A stretch of DNA of 54,338 bases from a virus. Taxonomy: Duplodnaviria > Caudoviricetes. The stretch covers positions 1 to 54,338 of the IMG/VR virus record IMGVR_UViG_3300017963_000063. The stretch is one strand, 5' to 3'. The position numbers were made by a program, and so were the translations under genes. Under the pieces are notes generated by a model. That model did no database searches and had not been told where the DNA came from. It was given only the letters and a program-made list of their open reading frames with translations. Shown here piece by piece: positions 30,314 to 38,419 of this stretch (its first letter is position 1; each line of letters opens with the position of its first letter).

Positions 30314-30342
30314 TTGACCGCTCCCAGCCCGTGGTGTAGGTT
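30314..30342 (+). promoter_or_regulatory. sigma70-like promoter for the early/middle operon
   Basis: TTGACC-17bp-TAGGTT, preceded by AAAATCCGC. Confidence 0.6.
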
Positions 30343-30364
30343 GTAGGGCGAAAGGCGGTGAAGC

Positions 30365-30559
30365 ATGTCAGAAGAACTACACGGCAAGACGCACACGGGG
30401 ACGGTGCTGGATCGGCTACAGGCCGACATTTTCGGCATTGCGCGGGCTCGGCAGAAGCTGGCCGATCTGGACCAGGCGATTGCCGGGACTGCTGCGATCC
30501 GCGATCAGCTCCGTGACGTGAATACCCGGCTTCAGGACGAGGAGCAGTCCGATGGCTAA
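30365..30559 (+). CDS. small coiled-coil protein
   Basis: First ORF after the promoter. Confidence 0.6.
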   Translation: MSEELHGKTHTGTVLDRLQADIFGIARARQKLADLDQAIAGTAAIRDQLRDVNTRLQDEEQSDG

Positions 30560-30851
30560 GTCTCAGCAAGTGACAGTGCCGATGGAATACCCGGCCTTTT
30601 GCGCTGGCGATCCGATCCTGGCCACGGCCACGGGGGACGCACGGCTAACGCCCACGCAGATCGTTGTGGAGAACGTGCACTCAATGGAGCGGCTCCACCG
30701 CAGCGCTCCTAGAAGCGAGCCGTCTTACAGCAAGCGTGTTCCGCTCCGTTTCAATCGGCAGACGGGAATGGAAATCCCACGTCGTCACCTGAACCGTGGC
30801 TGGCGACTCGCGGAAGGCTGGCGTAACGCTGTGGAGCTCCCCCATGCCTGA
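30552..30851 (+). CDS. hypothetical protein
   Basis: GAGGAG RBS; overlapping operon arrangement. Confidence 0.55.
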   Translation: MAKSQQVTVPMEYPAFCAGDPILATATGDARLTPTQIVVENVHSMERLHRSAPRSEPSYSKRVPLRFNRQTGMEIPRRHLNRGWRLAEGWRNAVELPHA

Positions 30852-31176
30852 TCTTCCAGACCTACCGCTAGACCCGCCGGAGGAGCGCCCCATCAAGTGG
30901 CCCGGAGAACGCGAGCAGCTGTGCGACCAGTGCGGGAACGGCGAAGCGCTGCGAGCCTGCTACAAGTGCGGCATGTTCTGCTGCCTGGAGTGCCTGAGCG
31001 AGGGCGAGCTTCATTTGTGCCGCGACTGCGAGGGGCTGACGGGGCATACGCTCATAGCATCGCTCCTGGCTGCACGGGACAGGGAGTTTCGGCAGGGTGG
31101 TGCGTTGACCGCGACCGTCGTGGATCGCGTGTTTGCTGGTTGGGAGAAGGACGATGCTGGCGAAGGCCGAGTATGA
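30844..31176 (+). CDS. Zn-finger protein
   Basis: CDQC, CYKC, CLEC, CRDC. Confidence 0.6.
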   Translation: MPDLPDLPLDPPEERPIKWPGEREQLCDQCGNGEALRACYKCGMFCCLECLSEGELHLCRDCEGLTGHTLIASLLAARDREFRQGGALTATVVDRVFAGWEKDDAGEGRV

Positions 31177-31633
31177 CGCAATCGTAGACGCCGCCGAGCG
31201 TGCTGACGCGTGCAGCGAGGCTATTGCCTGGGCGCGTAAGCGGCAGCGCACCGTGGCGGAACTGTCGCCCGAGTGGGCGTACTGGCTGCGCCGCTTCTGT
31301 TCGGACCTGCCGGAAGAGGTTAAGCGCGCGGCCGAGGCCAAGGCGCTGACCGAGCCAGAGTGGGCGTACTGGCTGCGCTGCTTCTGTTCGGACCTGCCGG
31401 AAGGGGTCAAGCGCGCAGCCGAGGCTAAGGCGCTGACCGAGCCAGAGTGGGCCTGCTGGCTGCGCCGCTCCTGTTCGGACCTGCCGGAAGAGGTTAAGCG
31501 CGCAGCCGAGGCTAAGGCGCTGACCAAGCCGAAGTGGGCGTACTTGCTGCGCCGCTCCTGTTCGGGCCTGCCGGAAGAGGTCAAGCGCGCGGCCGAGGCC
31601 GAACACGCCGCCCTCGCGCCGGAGGCTGAGTGA
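31154..31633 (+). CDS. helical repeat protein with four 29-aa repeats
   Basis: PEWAYWLRRFCSDLPEEVKRAAEAKALTE x4 with variants. Confidence 0.7.
   Translation: MLAKAEYDAIVDAAERADACSEAIAWARKRQRTVAELSPEWAYWLRRFCSDLPEEVKRAAEAKALTEPEWAYWLRCFCSDLPEGVKRAAEAKALTEPEWACWLRRSCSDLPEEVKRAAEAKALTKPKWAYLLRRSCSGLPEEVKRAAEAEHAALAPEAE
31268..31600 (+). repeat. 87-bp tandem repeat, about 4 copies
   Basis: Directly visible in the DNA. Confidence 0.9.
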
Positions 31634-31893
31634 TGGGGGCACAGTATCCACCCAACGTGAACTGCCCGCGGTGCAACGCCGCGCTGGATGCATACTGGCC
31701 ATACGCTAACGCCGCAGATCGGTTCGCACTGCTGATCGGTGCAACTGGTTTCCCCTTAGTCGATTGCGAAACGGTGCGCCGGCAACTGAAAGAGGCTGCG
31801 GATGAAACGGATTGGACTGTACGCCAAGCGTGTGCGCGCTTCGACGATCTTGTTGAACAGGACTTGCGGGCCGTGATAGCCAAGGCCCCATAA
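31633..31893 (+). CDS. hypothetical protein
   Basis: CPRC; its TAA stop is part of site A. Confidence 0.55.
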   Translation: MGAQYPPNVNCPRCNAALDAYWPYANAADRFALLIGATGFPLVDCETVRRQLKEAADETDWTVRQACARFDDLVEQDLRAVIAKAP

Positions 31894-31924
31894 GCGGACT
31901 TATGTGTCCTAAATTATTCGGACG
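31884..31924 (+). other. dif-like recombination site A (three-arm)
   Basis: GGCCCCATAA-gcggac-TTATGTGT-cctaaa-TTATTCGGACG. Confidence 0.65.
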
Positions 31925-31927
31925 CAG

Positions 31928-32980
31928 ATGAATGAGTTGGCACTATTTACAGGCGTTGGTGGTGGACTTCTCGGAACCCGACTTCTCGGCTGGCGATGCG
32001 TCTGCGCCGTGGAAATCGAACCGTACTGCCGGGAAGTCCTCCTGCGGCGCCAGCGGGACGGTATGCTTGACCTGTTTCCGATCTGGGACGACATCCGAAC
32101 CTTCGACGGCAGACCCTGGCGTGGCCTCGTGGATATCGTCACTGGCGGCTTCCCGTGCCAGCCGTTCAGCGTTGCAGGCCAGCGACGTGGCGAAGATGAC
32201 GAACGCAATATGTGGCCCGAAACCATCCGAGTCATTCGCGAAGTGGGACCGCGATTCGCGCTGCTGGAGAACGTACCAGGGCTGCTTGTTCACCCGTACT
32301 TTGGAACCATACTCGGAGACCTGGCCGAGAGCGGGTATCGCGTTCGATGGGATTGTATCCCTGCGTCAGCCGTTGGCGCCCCGCACATCAGGGACCGTCT
32401 GTTCATACTCGCCCGATGGAGCGGAGGTGCCGCCAGCGCCGAGTTCGGAAGTGTACTGGCCAACCCCCGACGCGACGGGCAGCAACACGCTGGAGAACCG
32501 GCACTGCCACGACAGGATACGCCCGACGCTGGGGAAGGCTGCGAGGATGTGGCCAACGCCGCGAGCTCGGGATGCAGGAGGAGCGCTTGCCGGCAGCAAG
32601 GCCACGATAAACGAGGTGGGCCGAATGGTCCGTCCAAGCGGGCAGGACTTCAGCGTGCCGTTGTGCGAAGCGGTGAAGATGTGGCCGACCCCAACGAGCG
32701 GGGACGGGCTGGCAACGGCTGTCTCGCGCCTCCTCCCGACGATGACGGCGCGAGACAGCCGAACGATCAAGGGCAACGTGCCACCGCCGAACCATCAGGG
32801 CGGGGTATCGTTGACGCAGACAATCGCCTCTCCGCAGCAGAGTGGTGGCCTGAACCCGCCGTGGGTCGAGTGGCTGATGGGGTTCCCCATCGGGTGGACC
32901 GACTTAAGGGACTTGGCAATGCCCAGGTTCCAGCAGTGGTTAGAGCAGTTTGGGAACTGATGGGCAACGTCCGACAATAG
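31928..32980 (+). CDS. dcm: DNA cytosine-5 methyltransferase, alpha-type chain
   Basis: LFTGVGG motif I, GFPCQ motif IV, ENV motif VI, HIRDR motif VIII, LGNA motif X. Confidence 0.9.
   Translation: MNELALFTGVGGGLLGTRLLGWRCVCAVEIEPYCREVLLRRQRDGMLDLFPIWDDIRTFDGRPWRGLVDIVTGGFPCQPFSVAGQRRGEDDERNMWPETIRVIREVGPRFALLENVPGLLVHPYFGTILGDLAESGYRVRWDCIPASAVGAPHIRDRLFILARWSGGAASAEFGSVLANPRRDGQQHAGEPALPRQDTPDAGEGCEDVANAASSGCRRSACRQQGHDKRGGPNGPSKRAGLQRAVVRSGEDVADPNERGRAGNGCLAPPPDDDGARQPNDQGQRATAEPSGRGIVDADNRLSAAEWWPEPAVGRVADGVPHRVDRLKGLGNAQVPAVVRAVWELMGNVRQ
31932..32960 (+). CDS. overlapping +1-frame partner of the C5-MTase (WPTP repeats, motif IX-like)
   Basis: 342-aa open frame; WPTP x3; LNPPWVEWLMGFPIGWT. 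Confidence 0.65.
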   Translation: MSWHYLQALVVDFSEPDFSAGDASAPWKSNRTAGKSSCGASGTVCLTCFRSGTTSEPSTADPGVASWISSLAASRASRSALQASDVAKMTNAICGPKPSESFAKWDRDSRCWRTYQGCLFTRTLEPYSETWPRAGIAFDGIVSLRQPLAPRTSGTVCSYSPDGAEVPPAPSSEVYWPTPDATGSNTLENRHCHDRIRPTLGKAARMWPTPRARDAGGALAGSKATINEVGRMVRPSGQDFSVPLCEAVKMWPTPTSGDGLATAVSRLLPTMTARDSRTIKGNVPPPNHQGGVSLTQTIASPQQSGGLNPPWVEWLMGFPIGWTDLRDLAMPRFQQWLEQFGN

Positions 32981-32992
32981 AGGCTAAGTTGC
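32968..32992 (+). other. dif-like site B
   Basis: CGTCCGACAA-tagagg-CTAAGTTGC at the MTase stop. Confidence 0.6.
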
Positions 32993-33022
32993 ATGAACTC
33001 ACACGCCGCAGGAGTAGCCACA

Positions 33023-33721
33023 ATGGACGCGACGATTGAGGAGCATCTGGCGCGGCGGGCCGGATTCGTGCTGCGTGAACTAGGCCCGGTGTTTGACGGG
33101 CTGCCCAACGACCGCGAGTTCTTCATTGCTGGCGGTGCCATCGCTGGGCACATCAGCGACATTGACATATTCCCGGTTGGCGACGACGACCTCAGCCAGT
33201 GGATGACCCTAGATGCCGCCAAGTACCCCATCATCAGCAGGACGAAGAACGCAACGACGTACCGCTGCGAGCCTTGGCCCGTTCAGCTTTGCCACTACGC
33301 GCATCCAACATTGCGGGGCTTGGTGGACTCGTTCGACTATGCCCACATTCAGGCAGGTGCCCGGTGCAACATCGCCTGCGCGCTTGAGGTGTACTGGACC
33401 GAAGCATTCGTAGACTCGCGGGCGCTCAGCCTGTCGTGGTTCACGGGGTCAGAGTATCCGCTGTCATCGCTGATCCGGGCCGGCAAGTATTACAAGCGGG
33501 GCGAGATGCCCCGCGGGTCATATCTTCGGGCGGTCTTGGACTGTGCCGGGGCTGTGGCCAAGCGCGGATTCAAAGACTACGCCGACTTCAAGGACCAGCT
33601 TGACGCTGTAGACCTGGGGCTTGTGCCCGAGGAGTTGGGCGACGTAGAGCGTGCTGGCCTGATTGAACTATTTGAATCGCTGCGGCGCGATGACGGTGCT
33701 GGCTGCCCGTTAAGCCCGTAG
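33023..33721 (+). CDS. nucleotidyltransferase (CCA-adding/poly(A) polymerase head-like)
   Basis: FIAGGAI...SDIDIF, QL...SFD pattern; GGAG RBS. Confidence 0.7.
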   Translation: MDATIEEHLARRAGFVLRELGPVFDGLPNDREFFIAGGAIAGHISDIDIFPVGDDDLSQWMTLDAAKYPIISRTKNATTYRCEPWPVQLCHYAHPTLRGLVDSFDYAHIQAGARCNIACALEVYWTEAFVDSRALSLSWFTGSEYPLSSLIRAGKYYKRGEMPRGSYLRAVLDCAGAVAKRGFKDYADFKDQLDAVDLGLVPEELGDVERAGLIELFESLRRDDGAGCPLSP

Positions 33722-33759
33722 TCCCATAACAGAGGTTATGTGTCTTAGCTTATAGGACG
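33720..33759 (+). other. dif-like site C (three-arm)
   Basis: AGTCCCATAA-cagagg-TTATGTGT-cttagc-TTATAGGACG. Confidence 0.65.
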
Positions 33760-33782
33760 AAGAAGATGGACCGAGAACCCTG

Positions 33783-33980
33783 ATGCATATGCTGGCGGAC
33801 TTCATTGCCAACCTAGACCCGAGGTCTGTAGGAGGGCGCGGCCGCGCTTCGCGGGCGGCAATGCGTGCGTATGCCGAAGAAATCGAAGCGACTTCGCCCG
33901 GGTTTGCCGCGGACCTGTTGGACTATGTGCGGAGAATCGACGAGGCGCAAGCCCTTAGAACGCTGGGAGTTACGGAATGA
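33783..33980 (+). CDS. hypothetical protein
   Basis: Lies between sites C and D; coupled to the next gene. Confidence 0.5.
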   Translation: MHMLADFIANLDPRSVGGRGRASRAAMRAYAEEIEATSPGFAADLLDYVRRIDEAQALRTLGVTE

Positions 33981-34195
33981 CAAACAAAACGCTCTTGCAC
34001 GAACCGGCGATGGCCAAGGTGCGAAGTAGCAAAATGCCAACGCTGGCAGCCTCCTACGAGAAGTTAGCCAAGGCTGCTGATGAGTCTAACGCGGCCAGGG
34101 CATCCCTCACGCTGGACTGGATAACTGACGGCGAGGACGTACAGGCTGAATTTGTGCCACAACTGACGATTGCCGTCGTTCGGCCACCGGACTAG
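33977..34195 (+). CDS. hypothetical protein
   Basis: GGAG RBS, ATGA overlap. Confidence 0.55.
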   Translation: MTNKTLLHEPAMAKVRSSKMPTLAASYEKLAKAADESNAARASLTLDWITDGEDVQAEFVPQLTIAVVRPPD

Positions 34196-34200
34196 GCGAA

Positions 34201-34225
34201 CGTCCGATAGACTTGGTTAAGTTGC
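34201..34225 (+). other. dif-like site D
   Basis: CGTCCGATAG-acttgg-TTAAGTTGC. Confidence 0.6.
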
Positions 34226-34238
34226 GCAGGAGACGGCT

Positions 34239-34607
34239 TTGAGACCAGCAACGTGGACAGATCGGCGAGCATCCGCGCACGGCGACTTGTCGAGTCGGTA
34301 CATCGACGAGGCCATGAGCAGCCGCTGCTTTGCCGTCATGGCTGTCGCACTGCCTTGCTGCAAGCCGCACGAACTGCCGCGGAAGCCGGATTACGAATAT
34401 GAAGACTTTGGGTGCTGGTCACCCAAGAGAACGGTCAAGGTGTGGCTGCCGACGAAGCCCGAGCGCGTGACGTACAGGTGTCCGGTGTGCGGGTACATGC
34501 GCACGTTTAGTGCAGCCGAACTGACCACCTTGCGCGCGGCTGGACGTATACCCCGGTGTTCGCGCGCGGGACACAGGCGCGGCGTCGCGATGAAGCCGAT
34601 GGAGTAG
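34239..34607 (+). CDS. Zn-binding hypothetical protein
   Basis: AGGAG RBS, TTG start, CPVC. Confidence 0.5.
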   Translation: MRPATWTDRRASAHGDLSSRYIDEAMSSRCFAVMAVALPCCKPHELPRKPDYEYEDFGCWSPKRTVKVWLPTKPERVTYRCPVCGYMRTFSAAELTTLRAAGRIPRCSRAGHRRGVAMKPME

Positions 34608-34610
34608 CCG

Positions 34611-34829
34611 ATGACAGCCAAGACCGCCGAACGAATGATGCACGTAACCATGCAGTTGCCGGCTGCCAAGGTGGCCGCCATTGACGAGTTTGGCGAGCTG
34701 CTTGTGCCGGGGTCCGACAGCCGCGCTGCGAGCATCCGCACGCTGATAGACATAGCGTTGGCGTCCAAGGCGAAGCAGATTGCGAAGGCTCGGGCCGCGA
34801 AACTGGGGTCGGGGAGCGCGAAGGGATGA
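34611..34829 (+). CDS. ribbon-helix-helix (CopG/Arc-like) regulator
   Basis: HVTMQLP..VAAIDE..SRAASIRTLI. Confidence 0.6.
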   Translation: MTAKTAERMMHVTMQLPAAKVAAIDEFGELLVPGSDSRAASIRTLIDIALASKAKQIAKARAAKLGSGSAKG

Positions 34830-35034
34830 CGTGGCTAGGTTCTGGTCCTCTATCGTTGACCTCCGCGTGGGCTGCAACAGGTGCGGCAACTGCGGGCAAC
34901 CTTTGGACCCGGACGGATGGGCACCAGTGAACCGTGGTCGTATAGAGTGCTGCCGTCGCCCACCAGATGTTGTGGCACCAGATGCAGTGCATCGAAGAGC
35001 GCACGACTGCCAGGGAGATTGGCTGAGAAAACAC

Positions 35035-35063
35035 TTGACAGGTTCCGAATAATGTGTTAGGCT
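35035..35063 (+). promoter_or_regulatory. sigma70-like promoter for the recombination operon
   Basis: TTGACA-17bp-TAGGCT. Confidence 0.7.
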
Positions 35064-35069
35064 GAACAG

Positions 35070-35196
35070 TGAAAGGCGATGAGGCTGTGAACCCCTCACT
35101 GACCAACCGATACGTGGCCCCCGGAGGCCCTTCGATGGATGCCTGTCCGCAATACCGGCTTCATCGCCTTTCAACCTCCGGGGGCCTGTTTTTGTT
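35070..35196 (+). ncRNA. structured leader RNA / attenuator candidate
   Basis: 18-bp and 12-bp interleaved helices followed by TGTTTTTGTT. Confidence 0.55.
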
Positions 35197-35207
35197 GGAG
35201 CGTGACA

Positions 35208-36449
35208 ATGCCAGATAGCACTACCGAACCACTACGGATCATCTACCTTGAAGCGGAGAACGTAAAGCGCCTGAAGGCTGTGCGGATCAAGCCGGACAAG
35301 ACGCTGGTGCGGATAGAGGGTCGCAATGCGCAGGGCAAAACCAGCGTCATCGACGCTATCTGCGCGTGCCTGGGCGGCGGGAAATGGCAGCCCGAGAAGC
35401 CCGTTCGTGAAGGCGAGAAGAAGGCCCGAGTATCGGTAGACCTTGGTGATCTTCAGGTCGAACGTCGCTGGACGGCCCGGGGTGGCACTACGTTAGAGGT
35501 AACGGCCAACGGGGACAGGCAGGCTACGCCGCAGGCTATCCTCGACAAGCTGGTAGGTGACCTGACATTCGATCCGCTGGCGTTCGTTCGCATGAAGTCC
35601 AAGGATCAGGCGGACATTCTACGTCGCCTTGCGGGGATAGATTTCGCCGACCTTGATGCCAAGAGGCAGGGGCTGTACGACGCTCGCACGGTGGCCAACC
35701 GCGAGGCAAAGTCCGCCGAAGCCCGTCGTGGACCGATGCCGGCGAAGCCCAAGTCCGATAAGCCGATTGACGTGAGGGAGTTGGCCCATAGGCAACAAGT
35801 CGCCATCACGCACAACCGCGAGGTGCAAAACGCGAGAGACGCGGCGGACCGCGCTGCTGGCGAATTGAAGGTCGCGCAAAAGACACTGGCGAACGCGCAG
35901 GCTCGCGTTGAAGAGGCCGCAGAACAAGCCAAGGTTGCACAGGAACACGCACAGAGCATGACTCCGCAGGACGTGGGCGATCTTGGTGCCGAGCTTGTAG
36001 CGGCTGAAGAACACAACAAGGCGATCGCCGAGTGGGCGGCATGGGAAAAGCGGGACGCTGAGGCTGTCGAGCTGGAGAAAATGGCCGAGAGTTACACGGA
36101 TCAGATAGAGGCCCTGGACGCCGAAAAGGCCAAGACTTTGCAGGAGGCGAGTTTTCCGCTTGCTGGCCTGAGCCTTGATGCTAACGGCGTGTGTTTGGGC
36201 GGCGTCCCGTTTGCACAAGCATCGTCCGCCGAGCAGTTACGGTGCGGAGTCGCTATCGGGCTAGCCCAGCGGAAGCGGGCGCGGCTTGGGTTTATCCGTG
36301 ACGGATCGTTGCTGGATGCCGACAACCTGCAACTTCTACACGATATTGCTGCGGAGTACGATGCCCAAATCTTTGTTGAGCGTGTAGCGGAGTCTCCTGA
36401 CGCCAGCGCAGTTTACATCGAAGATGGAGAAATCATCGATGCCGACTAA
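35208..36449 (+). CDS. SMC/SbcC-like AAA ATPase
   Basis: GRNAQGKTS Walker A, coiled coil, ASSAEQ signature, IRDGSLLD. Confidence 0.85.
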   Translation: MPDSTTEPLRIIYLEAENVKRLKAVRIKPDKTLVRIEGRNAQGKTSVIDAICACLGGGKWQPEKPVREGEKKARVSVDLGDLQVERRWTARGGTTLEVTANGDRQATPQAILDKLVGDLTFDPLAFVRMKSKDQADILRRLAGIDFADLDAKRQGLYDARTVANREAKSAEARRGPMPAKPKSDKPIDVRELAHRQQVAITHNREVQNARDAADRAAGELKVAQKTLANAQARVEEAAEQAKVAQEHAQSMTPQDVGDLGAELVAAEEHNKAIAEWAAWEKRDAEAVELEKMAESYTDQIEALDAEKAKTLQEASFPLAGLSLDANGVCLGGVPFAQASSAEQLRCGVAIGLAQRKRARLGFIRDGSLLDADNLQLLHDIAAEYDAQIFVERVAESPDASAVYIEDGEIIDAD

Positions 36450-37227
36450 CCCCGAACCTGCGATAGTGAAGGCCGAACCCGGCACGCTGGCGGAAGCGTC
36501 GTCGCTGATGCACATGGCCGTAGAGCGTGGCTTAGACATGCAGGCGGCCTGGGAAGTCTACGAGAGGGCGTGTCGCTTCGACTCAGTGAAGCAGTATAAC
36601 GCAGCCATGACGGCGTTCCACCTGGAATGCCCATCCATGCCAAGAACTGGGCGCCATGCTGGCGTAAAGCGGCTAACTGCCCGCGGCGTCAAAGAGCCCG
36701 CTTCATACACCACCCTTGAGGACATCGACGAAACAATTGACCCGATTCTCAAGTCGCTCGGTCTCTCCTACGACTGGGAAGATACAAAAATACAGGAGAT
36801 CAGCGGCAAGCCGTGGTTTCAGGTGTCGCTTCGCATCAGGCACACAGGCGGGCATTCCGAGATAAAGACTGGGCAGTGGATACCAATGGGTACGCAGGAC
36901 CTTCAACCGGCCGACTTGGCTGGGGCCGCGCAAAGCCGAGCCAGAAGGATGGCCCTGATTCACGGGTTTGGGCTGAGCTCAGTGGCTGCCGACGAGGCGG
37001 ACATGCCCCCGCCCGGTGAGCCGATGACGGAGGAGAACGCCCGGCAGATCACCGAGTTGTTGGACGGCCTGGGGCACGTCACTGACGCTGCCAATCGATC
37101 CGCTTGGGAGCGGCGGATATTCGAGCGGTTCAGCGTGGAGTCCGTTGACCAGCTACCCGCCGACAAGTTCGACGAGATTGCGTCGAAGATTCAGGCGGGG
37201 ATCGACAAGGCGAAGGGCGGGCCATGA
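36439..37227 (+). CDS. erf: ERF-family ssDNA-annealing protein
   Basis: YTTLEDI..I.P.L...GL, H.GG, GAAQSRARR.AL...GL. Confidence 0.75.
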   Translation: MPTNPEPAIVKAEPGTLAEASSLMHMAVERGLDMQAAWEVYERACRFDSVKQYNAAMTAFHLECPSMPRTGRHAGVKRLTARGVKEPASYTTLEDIDETIDPILKSLGLSYDWEDTKIQEISGKPWFQVSLRIRHTGGHSEIKTGQWIPMGTQDLQPADLAGAAQSRARRMALIHGFGLSSVAADEADMPPPGEPMTEENARQITELLDGLGHVTDAANRSAWERRIFERFSVESVDQLPADKFDEIASKIQAGIDKAKGGP

Positions 37228-37634
37228 GTGCGCGGCGCGTATACAACTTGGTTGACTTCTTTGAGTTGCTGGGCGTCACGTTTGCCACGGATTGGGATGG
37301 TGAGGTAGAGGCGACGTATCCCGAGTCGGTGCCCATAGAACTGCTGCGTTCTCTTGTGGAGGACTACACTGACGAGATACGACGAAGGATGGAATTTCGT
37401 CGCCGGCGTGCCATGCAGGTGTGCGTAGGCGGTGGGACGCTGAATGGCCAAAGGCACAGCAAGTTCTGGCCGCAGCTAATTTGCAAGCATCTAGGCAGGG
37501 CGCGGTGGGAAGTGTACGCCATAGCGCGTGATGGCCGGGCTTTCTATTGCGGCGAAGCAAGCAGCCAGCAGAAAGCGCGTCGGCTCGCCGCTGCACGCAG
37601 GGCACACGAGGCAGCGGGGCAAACGAAGCCATGA
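37224..37634 (+). CDS. hypothetical protein
   Basis: Coupled at both ends. Confidence 0.55.
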   Translation: MSARRVYNLVDFFELLGVTFATDWDGEVEATYPESVPIELLRSLVEDYTDEIRRRMEFRRRRAMQVCVGGGTLNGQRHSKFWPQLICKHLGRARWEVYAIARDGRAFYCGEASSQQKARRLAAARRAHEAAGQTKP

Positions 37635-38419
37635 TCGTCCACGATTGCCAGCAGGGCTCAGACCAGTGGAAGGACTTCCACATCGGCACGATCAGCGCGT
37701 CGAGCGTGGACAAGATCGTGACGCCCAAGACGCGGAAGCCGTCCACGCAGGTACGGGGCCTCGTCAACCGGCTGGTGGCCGAATTGATGACCGGCGAGTG
37801 TCTGATCGACGATGGGACCACGCAGTTCATGGAGCGGGGGTTGAAACTGGAGGCTCAAGCCCGGGCCGATTACGCCTGGGACCACGACGTGGACGTGCAG
37901 GAGGTCGGTTTCGTCACTACCGACGATGGGCTGTGCGGCGGGAGTCCTGACGGGCTGATCGGGGATGACGGCGGCCTGGAGATCAAGGTCCCCGGTCCGA
38001 TTGTCCATGTCGGCTACATGCGAGACCCGCAGCGGCTCGCCAACGACTACCACTCGCAAGTCCAGTGCTACCTGTGGATTACGGAACGCCGCTGGTGGGA
38101 CATTCTGTCGTGGAACCGGCCGGGCGGGCTTCCTGACGTGATCTACACGGTGGAGCGTGACGAGCAGTACATTGATGCTTTAGCCGAGGCTGTTCGCATA
38201 GTGGCGGCTGAGGTGGAGTCGATTCTGGTGCGGTTCGGCTATCGGCCGCCAGGGGGCGTTTTTAAGCCGCTGGTGGATTCTGGCGGGTCCGAGGGCGTCG
38301 GGGCGGATTCATCGCCAGGCGCGGCGTCTGAGGCCCCTTCAGCGGCAAGCTGTGGCGGGCAGGCTGGCGGCGGGGACGAGCTAGGGAGTAGGACCAGCGT
38401 GCAGGGAGGCAGTGCGTAA
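37631..38419 (+). CDS. YqaJ / lambda exonuclease family
   Basis: QGSDQW, ISAS, RG..LE, SPDGL, LEIK, QVQ. Confidence 0.9.
   Translation: MIVHDCQQGSDQWKDFHIGTISASSVDKIVTPKTRKPSTQVRGLVNRLVAELMTGECLIDDGTTQFMERGLKLEAQARADYAWDHDVDVQEVGFVTTDDGLCGGSPDGLIGDDGGLEIKVPGPIVHVGYMRDPQRLANDYHSQVQCYLWITERRWWDILSWNRPGGLPDVIYTVERDEQYIDALAEAVRIVAAEVESILVRFGYRPPGGVFKPLVDSGGSEGVGADSSPGAASEAPSAASCGGQAGGGDELGSRTSVQGGSA

Noticed and set aside
31268-31600. Possible CRISPR array or DGR template/variable repeats
   Set aside because: The repeats are contiguous and in-frame with no spacers, and no reverse transcriptase or cas genes are present.
35041-35062. TTCCGAATAA..GTTAGGC as a dif or integron core site
   Set aside because: The spacing is wrong for dif, there is no attC partner, and the promoter explains the sequence.
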